A DNA stretch of 64,000 nt from Raillietiella orientalis (lineage: Eukaryota). Where the stretch lies: NCBI GenBank assembly GCA_036172245.1, contig JAYWIR010000014.1, positions 1,178,001-1,242,000 on the forward strand. The letters run 5' to 3'. A program made the position numbers and the translations under genes. Of this stretch, positions 14,401-24,200 are shown one piece after another. Below the pieces are notes generated by a model. It did not search any database. It worked only from the letters and a program-made list of their open reading frames with translations, and had not been told where the DNA came from. The first letter of the stretch is position 1; each line of letters opens with the position of its first letter.

Positions 14401-16431
14401 CCTCAGCACGCGACTCTACCCTCAGAGAGGCACTCCATTCTTTCTGGAGCTTCCGAGAATCCTGAAGGACGGGATGTATGACCCTCCGACAGGAAGCCAG
14501 CAAGGGACAAGACTCCTGGGCCGTCCGCTTGCCGCAGGTAACCGAATGGGACGGCGCGCAGTCTGCTTGTCGGGAGCGGCTGCAGCAATTTCGGAGGTGC
14601 CCGTAATTCAGTCGGAAGAGGGAGGAAAGGGAGCAACAGACAAAGTTGGGAATTGAACCTTCCCGGGGGCAGTTCGTAGGTAGCGGCGGTCAAAGGCAAG
14701 CGGGCGCGCATGCAGCCGCAGCCGCGGAGGACGGACTTTCGAGCGCACGCCAAGGCGCTTCAGGTGTGCGCGACCAACCACGTGACAGCCAACAAGCTTT
14801 CTCCGCGAGGGATTCCCCCCCCTCCCCTCTCTCGTGAATCCGGAAAAAGCGAGGAACACGCGCTCGTGAGCCGGCGGTACATTCGTGTGCCATCTTTTTC
14901 GCCCGTACTGTGAACCTCGCCTGTACGGGGGATCTCCGGGAGCGATGATGGTACAGGGAGTGTACGATGTGCGCGTTTGTCGCTTCGTTAGAGGGAGGGT
15001 TTTGCCATGCGGGAGTGGTCTGCGTTCACAGGCAGGAGTACACTCGACCTGTTCCGGCACGCAGAAGGGGGAAGGATGCTGCTGTACTCACACCCTGCAC
15101 AGAACCCTTCTCAGTTTGAGACCCTCGCTGTCCCTGTCGCAGGAGGAGGCGGAGGAGGAATCGCTCCAGGCCGCTCGCCTGCCGGCCCCAGGGAGAAACG
15201 GGGATGGTAACTCGGGGGTTTGACAGGGACCTTTTGCCTAGAGCGCTGTGCGCCCTCAGGGCGAAAGCGGGAACGAAGCTAAGCGCCATTGCGGAGGCCC
15301 GTGGGACTCTCTAGGAGAAGGGAAGGGAAGGAGGGGAAGACGGCCCCCAAAAGAGTCCAGCTGAGCGGAAAAGGGCCCACCTTGGGAACAGGGACAGGAA
15401 AGAAAAAAGGCACTCGACCTCACCCCCCTTCCCCGGGCCGCAGGGGCGAGCAGTACGGGCAAGCCGGAGGATACCTTCCCTCTCTCCCTCTTCCTCTCCC
15501 TCCCGGATATCCCGGAAGCAGAGGGCGGAGATAGTCACGAGAAACGGGGCGGAGCAGCGGCGGCTAACTCCGTCACGGTCCCGTTAGCCGTGCGCCCGCG
15601 GGCCCCAGAGGGAGAGAGGAAACTGGGACGCAAGGGTAGAGATGCTCTGGAAAGGAGAGGGGAATGGGAGGACGGGGAGTCCAGCAGCTTCCCGCCTCCT
15701 CCTTCCTTCTCCCTTGCCCTTTTCCAGAGGTGGTGAAGTCGCTGCAGGAGTGAAGTGGGGAGAAGGTCCTCCCCGAAGGGAGAGGAACCAGGCAATCAGG
15801 ACGCGTGGGGAGGGGAATGAGCGCCCTGGAGAGGGGTTGGTGGGAAGGGAGATCGCGAGTGTGGGACGAAGAGGTTGTCAAGGGGTGTGCAGGGGGACCT
15901 TCGGGACTCGCATGAAGGAATGCCAGGTTCACACGCTTCCGGGAGCGCGCGCGAAGCTGGCGGCTCCGCCGTTGTCGCGTTTCCACGGCGGCGGGACCGA
16001 TCACTTCTCTCTTCCTCCTCAACCTTGCCGTTCTCATCCTTCTTCACCAAGGCTGGGATAAAGGGATGCGCTGAGCGTGGCGCTCCACGGTGACTTGCTC
16101 TCCCTCCCCTGGAGCGGTCCGGCAACTCTGACCGAAAAATCGGTGGGTCGGCTTTGGGATGGGGGAAGGGGCGAGGAATCCTCTCCACCTCATGCGCGCT
16201 CCCTTCCTCCAGTAGGAGGAGGGGAGGGAGAGAAGCAGGGAAACGGCCTGGTCTCTTTCATCCCGTTCCCGCTCCCTCGTGGCCAGTCACGCAGTCTCCT
16301 GTACCTGCCCTGTTTATCTGCCGCAGATGCGCGCTGAGGAGGCTCCGACACCGGCCAGGATGTTTGACCTCCTCCATCGGATCGCCCCCCGTTCGGGAGG
16401 CGGCAGGCGGTCCCAAATGCGCATGTCCCTC

Positions 16432-17095
16432 ATTTATTTACTAAAATTTCTTGGACAGAGATCACCCGCCACGTGCCGCCACCTGCTGGCCACTCGCGGC
16501 CATTCATCTTGCGAGCGCCACGTTAAACCAGGATTCATTGGAACCGGTTACATAAGGCGTATTTAAGTACTGGGAGCTTATTTAATGATTTATTTCTGAA
16601 GCTCGTCGATCTGAAACTACGCCCTAAGATGAAGCTTATTTATTTTCATTTATCCGAGAGCTCCGTTTTGCCTTTCGACTTTATATGTATTTCAATTTTT
16701 TATTTATTTATTTTTTTATCGCGCTTGCTCGCCTTCCACTTCAACTTCTATTCTGCTTCTTTCTATTTATTTATTCCTCCCGGTTGCGCTATTTATTTAC
16801 CTCCTGCACGCGCGCTCACCCTATTTATGCTTCATTCGTCTCTTATTTATTGCCTATTTACTCCGAAGCGAATTAAGTAAACATTTTTTTTTTTTTTTTT
16901 TTAAACGCGGTCATCACTCACGCGCCTTTAGATCGTTTTTTTTTTTTTTGGCTTATTTAACCATCCATCACATCGCTATTTATTATTATTTTATTTACGC
17001 ACCGCCTCTCGCGGTTTTTGATCCTCATCCGCCCGCGCTGCGCCGACTTTGCCCCCCCCCTCCTCTTATTTATTCGTGGCGGCGCGTCTATTTAT
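16432..17095 (+). repeat. Dispersed cluster of about 21 ATTTA / TATTTA(T/C) motifs, all on the + strand
   Basis: Counted by eye in about 660 bp, interleaved with CG-rich spacers. No TAAAT counterpart was seen on + in this stretch. Includes GTAAACA at 16877-16883. Confidence 0.8.
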
Positions 17096-17184
17096 TTTCG
17101 TTTCCGACCGCCCCCTTTCTCCCATGCGGAAGGCCCCGCCGCCGCCGCCGCCGCTGCTGCTGCTGCTGCTGCTGCTGCCGCTGC

Positions 17185-17215
<31 letters not shown>

Positions 17216-17720
17216 GCTCGCGCGCGCGCGCTCTTTCGCTCGCGATTGCTGTTTCGCCCTCCACCCGTCCCGAGCGCTGCCGCCTCCGCGGCCGCCATGC
17301 GCGCGAACGAGCGAGGGTGGCGGCGGCGGTCGCCCGCGAGACCGAGGCGCGTAACGCGCGCGCGAAGTCGGTCGGCGGTGGGGATGACGTGCCGGTCCGA
17401 GCGTTCGCGTGAGCGCGTCGTTGTGTCGATTACTCCGCGCGTCCTTGGCGCAGGGCGGAATCGCTGCTGCTGCTGCAGCAGCCGTCGCCGCCGCTTTGCT
17501 GCTGCCATCCGGTTCCAGGGGAATCAGCCTTCCTCTCCCTGCTTTCTCCCGCTTTCCCTCTACGAAGGAACGGATTGTCCGCGTGTCCAGACGATCGACC
17601 GACGAGACGTTCTCGAGCGATCCACCCCCGTGAGAGGAGAGCCTGGCGAAGAGGAGAGACAACCCAGGTACCGTGGAGGCGGTCCTGCCTTCTTCCCCCT
17701 CCCCCTCCGCTTCCGAAAAT
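16990..17720. promoter_or_regulatory. CpG island upstream of the CDK-inhibitor gene
   Basis: Very dense CG/CGCG and GCC runs compared with the flanks, 0.8-1.5 kb upstream of the CDKI ATG. Confidence 0.5.
17138..17230 (+). repeat. Compound trinucleotide repeat (GCC)5(GCT)8GCC(GCT)3(GCC)9GCT followed by (CG)6
   Basis: Read directly: 27 GCY units at 17138-17218, then (CG)6 at 17219-17230. Confidence 0.97.
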
Positions 17721-17889
17721 CCAGAGTCCCTTCGTTCCTGCTTCTTCCTGTATGGGAAATTCTAGAATTTTTCCTCCCTTGCGAACCGAACGTGAAAATA
17801 AAATAAAATAAAAAGCAAAAGGGAAAAAAAAAAGAGGAGTTGGAGGAAGGGGGGGGGGGGATAGCCTAAAAGACGCTTTAATAACATAG

Positions 17890-18270
17890 GAACACGTGAC
17901 TTCTCTTCCCACCCTGCGTTCATTTTATTCTCCAGCCTGAAACGGCATCCCTGATAGCGCGGCTGTCAACCGAAGCTGTTCGAAAAAGAAAGTTGGGAGT
18001 TGCACGGAGCAACGCAATATCTGGTAACGCTAATCTCTCCGCTAGGATGACGAAAACATCCGATCATAACGAAGTTGTAACGTCGCGATTCAAATTCTTC
18101 GTTTCTGCATCCGCAACACAACACGTGATCGGCGGAACGCTTCTCATTGGTCAACGGCATCTCGTAAGCATGGACGCCGCTACGTCAGCATCCAGCAGAA
18201 TTCTACTCACAAACTTATCGTAACGTGTCGCTGCTTTAGTTCCAGAGTAGTGGAAGATGATTCAGTGTTT
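17890..18270 (+). promoter_or_regulatory. Candidate proximal promoter / non-coding first exon of the CDKI gene
   Basis: CACGTG E-boxes (about 17893 and 18122), TTCAAA CHR-like hexamer (about 18089), reverse CCAAT (ATTGG about 18146), ACGTCA half-CRE, and a GTAAGC donor-like site (about 18164). TSS not determined. Confidence 0.35.
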
Positions 18271-18414
18271 CCTTGCCGATGTGATGCTGTTTGTTTATTT
18301 TTCCGTTTCTTCAAAACTGCTGTGATAATTTTTCCTATGGTGGTGATATAGTTGTAACGCCGAAAGTTTCGTGGGAGATAGTCACATACTGATATCAAAA
18401 CAGTTTTTTAACAG

Positions 18415-18449
<35 letters not shown>
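18415..18449 (+). repeat. A35 homopolymer 32 nt upstream of the CDKI start codon
   Basis: Read directly; preceded by an acceptor-like TTTTTTAACAG. Confidence 0.95.
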
Positions 18450-18450
<1 letters not shown>

Positions 18451-18481
18451 GTGAATTTGATTTCTACTGTGATAGTGCAGG

Positions 18482-18932
18482 ATGGAAACGAACGCAATGA
18501 ACGTCGATGCGCTTCCAGAAATATTCGACAGAAACGTTGCAGCTGCAGATAACACGTATCGGGTAAATTTGAAATCCGTTAAGAGGTGCCTGTTTGGACG
18601 CAGTGCCGATTCGAACTTACAAACATTTTTCGACAGTGAGATGCAAGAAGAGATGCGACAGCAAATGTGCAGGTGGAATTTCGATTTTGTAAGTGAAACT
18701 CCTTTGTCTGGAAGATACCAGTGGATCCCTGTTCGCAGCAAAAGTCCCGAAGGCACCAAAACCGATGTCTTACAGATTTGCAAAGCTCGGTCGGCAACTG
18801 GGTGCTCGCCGTTGGAAGTTTTTCAAGATGACAAGAAGAAAGGCACTGCCGAAACGGAAATTCACTCTTCTCCCAGAAACCGCCTAATCAAGGGAAAGCT
18901 TTGCGAGTGTAATAAACGATCAGTTCTTGAAG
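18482..18932 (+). CDS. dap: Cip/Kip family cyclin-dependent kinase inhibitor (dacapo / CDKN1-like), coding exon 1
   Basis: Translation contains the CDI domain hallmarks: Cy/RxL motif KRCLFG, helical linker, and RWNFDFVSETPLSGRYQW. In-frame TAG just upstream (18473-18475). Donor GAAG|GTAGAC at 18932/18933. The symbol reflects family membership; orthology was not tested. Confidence 0.92.
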
Positions 18933-19474
18933 GTAGACTTTCACTGTGTATTTTATTCTCGTATCTTTCGATTGGGCACGGCTTCCGTGTACGTGTGCTG
19001 TTTTTCTATTTACGTGTGCGCGTTGTACTGTCCCGTGTAAATACATAGGCGTCAGATCGAGAGAGAGAGAGAGAGAATCAGGAAAAGAAAAAAAAGAGAG
19101 AGAGAGAGAAACGAAAGAATCGAAAATGATTAACGGCTGAATCCTTGTTTCTTTGATTGTGTCGGCAAAAAAAGGAAAAAAGTAGAATGCAATCCAGGCT
19201 TTCGGATGCTTGCGTTTTTGGAATAACCCGTAGGGCGCGTGGGTATGCTTTTATCGATCGGTGTGATGCGTTGCTTTTCCGTGACTGTTAACCTGCATGA
19301 AATGGATTGCTCGTAGGTGCGCCGAAGACGTGATTTTTGTTTTTGGTTGCCGCAGCTTCAGCGCAGGACGGTCGTCCTCGCTGGGACGTGGGGGAGCGAA
19401 TACGGTGCGGCTCCTCCCCCCTCCTCCATTTTGTTAACCATTTACTCACGTATGTGTGTTTTTCTCTCTTTCAG
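18933..19474 (+). other. Phase-1 GT-AG intron (542 nt) of the CDKI gene
   Basis: Begins GTAGAC and ends with a branch-like TACTCAC plus TTTTTCTCTCTTTCAG. Splicing creates the Cip/Kip-like C-terminal motif RSVLEDYMPVRKKR. Confidence 0.8.
19059..19109 (+). repeat. Intronic (GA)9 and (GA)7 microsatellites
   Basis: (GA)9 at 19059-19076 and (GA)7 at 19096-19109. Confidence 0.9.
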
Positions 19475-19551
19475 ACTACATGCCGGTGCGGAAAAAGCGG
19501 ATCTTGCAAATTTCTTCCGGCCAAACACCTGGTCGTTCTTCGCATCTTTAA
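19475..19551 (+). CDS. dap: Cip/Kip CDK inhibitor, coding exon 2: (D)YMPVRKKRILQISSGQTPGRSSHL*
   Basis: Strong acceptor, in phase with exon 1. Supplies a PIP-degron-like/NLS segment and a QTP motif; TAA at 19549-19551. Confidence 0.8.
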
Positions 19552-19814
19552 ATCACCCATCTCCTGAGGGAAAGAGGGTACAGGTGCACGGCACCACCCT
19601 CCAGTCGTCAAGTGCGTTTTTTCTCTGACCCCGATGTTCGTCTTGAGATTGCACTAATTGACTTGCTTTCGCCTTCTTCAGATCTAGTCAACTTCTCGAT
19701 TTGAATGTATTCCCCTCCCCTCCCCCCTCCCATCCCCACATCCCGCCCCCTTTTGCTGTTTCTATTGCAGGATTGCAAGACGCGGTACAGCCGTGTTTGC
19801 ATCCTTGGGAATCA

Positions 19815-19820
19815 AATAAA
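19815..19820 (+). terminator. Candidate polyadenylation signal (AATAAA) of the CDKI mRNA
   Basis: First AATAAA after the stop codon; another lies at about 20658. Confidence 0.4.
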
Positions 19821-19876
19821 ACGATTTGGAAATTCAAATTTTCGTTGGCAGCAGCAACCCCTCCCCGCGTGCGATG

Positions 19877-19896
19877 CGCGCGCGCGCGCGCGCGCG
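19877..19896. repeat. (CG)10 dinucleotide run (Z-DNA prone)
   Basis: Read directly; part of an alternating purine-pyrimidine tract at 19874-19897. Confidence 0.95.
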
Positions 19897-21101
19897 TTCA
19901 GCTTCCCCACGTGTGCTTCCGTCTCCACTCCGAGCAGGTCTCGACCGAGGCCAGCGGCGACGTTCATCGGGCATAGCCACACCAGACGTTCTTCGTGACT
20001 GCGGGTCGCGGGGAACGCGTGTTCCTGGACAGTCGCAGGAACGGCAGGCTGCCTGCCAGTTCCAAGCTGCTTCGTGTTGGGAGGGGCAAACGCTCAGCCA
20101 CCACTCGAACGGGGGGGGGAGGGAATGGCGGTTTTCCCTGCTTCAGGGACGGGCGCCGCAGATTTCGCCGAGCACGCGGACGGAACGCCGCGCACTCGGA
20201 CGCTCGGTTGCCGGGGAGAGTGGGGTGGCGGCTTGCTTTTCAGCGGCAGGCTCACCGACACCGGGGATTGCGGGAGGCACTGGCGCGAGCTCCTCCGCGG
20301 CCAGACGTTTTGTGGAGACACCGAAGAGACACCGGTCGTAAAGAACTCACTGGCTCGGAAGGAATCTCTTGGGGAACGCGATCTTCAGATTCGAGTGACG
20401 GGTGTATTGTCTGCCTGGCAACCCTAGGGAAGAAAGCGTGTTGGCGCAGACTCTTGAAGTGCTCCCGAGGAGGGCTCCCGCGTTCTTTGCGAAGAATTTG
20501 TTGTTGCCCTGGTGGTAAGTCCACCCCACGTCTTTCTCCCGTCGTGACAGGGCTGGAAAGGAATGCGTTCCTTGCGGTGCACACCATCATGTGCTGCGCG
20601 TGTCGAAACGTACCAGTCCTCCCCTTCCTCCTCCTCCTCTCCAAAAAAATGAGATAAAATAAAATAAGAGACCTTCTTGGTGGGTCCGAAAGGGACCTTT
20701 AAGTGCTAAGCAAGGAGTTGCAAGGGGAGCCAATTTATCACGGGGGAGGCCGAAGGAGTGCAAACGGAAGACACTCCCTACGTTCCCGTTCGCCACGCCA
20801 CGGTGTGCGTTACGCAAGAGCACTTCAGAACTCGAGGGGATTTCCGATTCGCCCGAAACTTCCACGGACTGTCCGTTTCGCAGCGCACGACCGCAAGCCC
20901 CGTGCGTCGTTTCGCTGGGTTTTGCCCAATGCTGCTCCTCACTGGAACGCACTCCTCTCTCTCCTGGCGACGTGCAGTTCGGAGGTGCGCGTCTCGAAAG
21001 TGGGATGCTAACATTGATTAATAATCTCTATCTGTGCTATCCATAAATCTTATTACTCAGTCAGAGATGAGACGGAAGAATTTTTTATTTCATTTTATTT
21101 T

Positions 21102-21146
21102 TGTCCCTCTCCCTCTCTCGCTGTCCCTCTCTCTCTCTCGCTGTCC

Positions 21147-21204
<58 letters not shown>
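21102..21204 (+). repeat. Compound microsatellite: about three 20-bp CTGTCC(CT)n units followed by (GT)16
   Basis: Read directly; (GT)16 at 21173-21204. Confidence 0.95.
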
Positions 21205-21205
<1 letters not shown>

Positions 21206-21220
21206 CGTTTCGAGCTTTCT

Positions 21221-21275
21221 AGCCAATAGGCTCTCAAACAATACGCATGCGCATTACACACGCTAGTCAGTTTCA
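21221..21275 (+). promoter_or_regulatory. Candidate TATA-less core promoter (CCAAT + NRF1/EWG-like site + Inr)
   Basis: AGCCAATAG 21221-21229, TACGCATGCGCA 21242-21253, TCAGTT 21267-21272, then an ATG at 21299. Confidence 0.45.
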
Positions 21276-24200
21276 AGTTCGCGCATTCCATTCTGCACAT
21301 GTCAGATCACTTAAAACGAGCATTAAATTTCAATCGGACCAGTGCCTACCCATCCCGTGAAATGGAAGAAAAAAGAATAGGAGCGTGGTTTTCGGTGGAA
21401 ATGGAACTTCCTGCCTGAATGCAGGCTGCACACGGCTGCGGAAACATCTTGTTCTCTTGCGATCGATCGGGGTGGCTGCTCTCTCCGCAAGATCGAAAGA
21501 GTTCCTTGCGTCGATCCCACTTTCGCTTTCCGTGCTTCCAGCTGCTCAAGTTGAAGGAAGGCGAGCGTCTCGAATTTTGCTTGGATATTTTTCATGGTAT
21601 TCCGTTTGTATCATTTTTGACCAGGACTTTCATCACAAACAGGAAATTTCCGGGAAGAAAAAGCTGATATCTGCACCGAAAAGGAGTTTGGTACTGGTGC
21701 GTCATTTGTTGTGAATGTTGTCCCGGGACAGAGAACTCCATCTGCGGATCCCTGCTTAGCATCATTTCAAAGCCATCCCCATGAGTGTGACTATTTTTAT
21801 ACCAAAGCCTTACGAATTGCAGTGCAGTAGTAGCAGTTGGCAGAGGGACAGACAGCACTGTCGGGAGAAACATGATGCATGCAGATCTGCATCGCGACTT
21901 AGTGGATCCCAGAGAGATTCAGCTGCGTCTCCACATCTTCTGATCCCCTCCTCATTGTGTTCGATAAGGGGTTTTACACGAAGCTGCCTTGTTCCACAAA
22001 CTCCCTTCCTTGAAACAACTGGCTCCAGAGTTCGTTTTCATCCGAATCATCTCGTTGGAGATCATTTTTCGTTTCTTCAAATGCATCTTCAGCACTTCAG
22101 CATCTCAGGGATTCTGCACTGCCCCTTCTGGATGCAGGTGCGAAACGATCCGTACACTGCATTTACATGGGTCGACTTCTTCTCCGAGACTGCTCTGTGC
22201 TCATACAAAACGTTCATTTCTTCTCTTGAAGAGCCTGCAGATCGGCGGAGGGCGTTTCAATAAATCGATTTTTTCTTTCCAGTCTCTGGTGGAATTTTCC
22301 CGAGTGATCTAATAATCATCTTGTGATCTGCAGTCTCCTGCAGGATTCACCGAGGGTTCGAGGAAGCTTCGGTACACCGCATGTCCTTCCGGTAAACAAG
22401 ACCCGTTTGAGTTCTTGTGCTGGCGACCTTTTCGTTTCGTCGGTCCCTTGTCACGGGAGAGAGCAGTAGCGGATCCGCCATCTTGCGTGCTTGCAACGCC
22501 TTGTTGAACGCATGGTGAGTGTCGCGAGAGCCCGCGAAGCGACCGTTCCTCAGGGAAATCGCCTGTTTTTGAATTTTCGAGGGGTTTCAATCTCCATCGG
22601 ATTCTTCAGTCGCAAGAGTTGACTCAGTGAGAGTCAGCTGGTCCATGGCATCACAGGTGCTGCGCAGACTCACTGAGCAAAACAGTTGATTACTCTGCTT
22701 GGAGAAGAGGAAGAAAACATTGAGTGATAGCAGCTTCAGTTTGATAACCAGATCGTGTCAGCTTAACAACTGGAGCTGCTTCCAGTGAAGCCGTGCTAAT
22801 GCATCTTGCTTTCTCTGCTTTTGCAACAGCACATCCTCATTCAGATACAGGGCAGATTTACAACATGCAATGCAGAGCGGCAGCAGCTCTCATGTGTGAT
22901 GGCGTGCTTGGGAACATTTGCAGAACGTTCCGCGGTGGTGAATGCTACGTGCGTCTCAAAGCAAAGATGGGCTGATCCTCTTGGAGGTTGTGTTTTCCTT
23001 CGTCCATCTGATTCTCTGAATTTTCTTTTACCACTCCTCATGCTTTCCTTTGTGTGCGTGCACGCGTATGCAGCGTGTCGCGTCTGAGAGGTGGCAAGCT
23101 GAACGATCGGTACGGCGTGAACCGCCAGGAAGGCAGGAAGCTACCCTTCGAAATCCCTCAAGTTTCGAAATTTGCAAAGAAAGAGCTGCGTTGTTGTGTC
23201 GTGTTTCCTCCCTAACACTTGGTGAATTGGTTCTTCATACTTCCTGTCTGGAGTGTTTTCATTTCTTCGTTTTCTCAGATACGCTCTCAAACCTAGGCAA
23301 GGGCTTCTAGGGTCTCAGACGAGACGATGATGTCCTCAAGGAGAGGCAGCCATCGGTTTTCACAGGCGCTTTTTCGAGCTTGCGAGTCACGAAAGCTCGC
23401 TTTCCCCAGCCTACACTCTGCGATTCCTTCGGGATGCTTGTCTCCTGAGATGAGGATCCAGCAGACAGCTTCACGTCATATTTTGTGGGCAGCATCTTCG
23501 CGAGCAGGGGCGACAGATTTGGATGCTCGGGTTTTTCCGAATTTTCGAAACCATAATTGACAGGGAATCTCTCACGGAGTCGAATCCCTAAGGAAACAAG
23601 TAATGTCCACGTTCAGAGAGCTGATCTCCGGAGACTGCATGGCTTCGGGAATTTACTGATCTTTGCATGAATCAAGAGGACTTTTAAGGGAGGTGAAACA
23701 AGGTGCATGGCAAAGTGAGCAGCAGTTTAACCTAGAAGTGAGAGGGGAAGGATCACCTCTGTGCAGCATCAGCTGGTTCCCCGGGTCACATCTTCGACAG
23801 CCTCTACTTATGACCATGGATTTCGAGGCCTGCCCTGGTAAAGCTACGAAGACAAGTCGGATCACAACAGCCGAAAAAGGGTGAAATCTCGCATGATCCC
23901 TCCTTTTTTCATGACTCTTAGGAAAATGATGCATCCCTCGATTCCGATGCTTTCCACTTGCCCTTCCTTTCCAACAAGTCCATCGGCTCTGGTTTTTGCG
24001 TGCACACTCGTTTCCTTGGTGCTATTTCTGCGTGTCAAGAGGAGGAGACGAAGAAAAGGAACGAAACAGAAGCTCCTGAATTCCCTTGCATTTTTCTTCA
24101 ACACCTTTCATCCAAGCTCGTCCGTTACTTCATCTACTCGTAACCATGCTCGGGTCTCGTGCAGTATAGGCGAATCATCTGTACAATTTTCGAACAACCA

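Noticed and set aside
17018..17806. 262-aa poly-Ala ORF and overlapping poly-Pro/Gly/Arg ORFs read as a transcription factor
   Set aside because: All frames are open because of the GCY repeat and CpG island; no domain, and the listed start is not ATG.
18933..19048. Hydrophobic C-terminus of the 188-aa ORF as a transmembrane anchor
   Set aside because: Best explained as read-through into a T-rich intron; the spliced form gives family-typical motifs.
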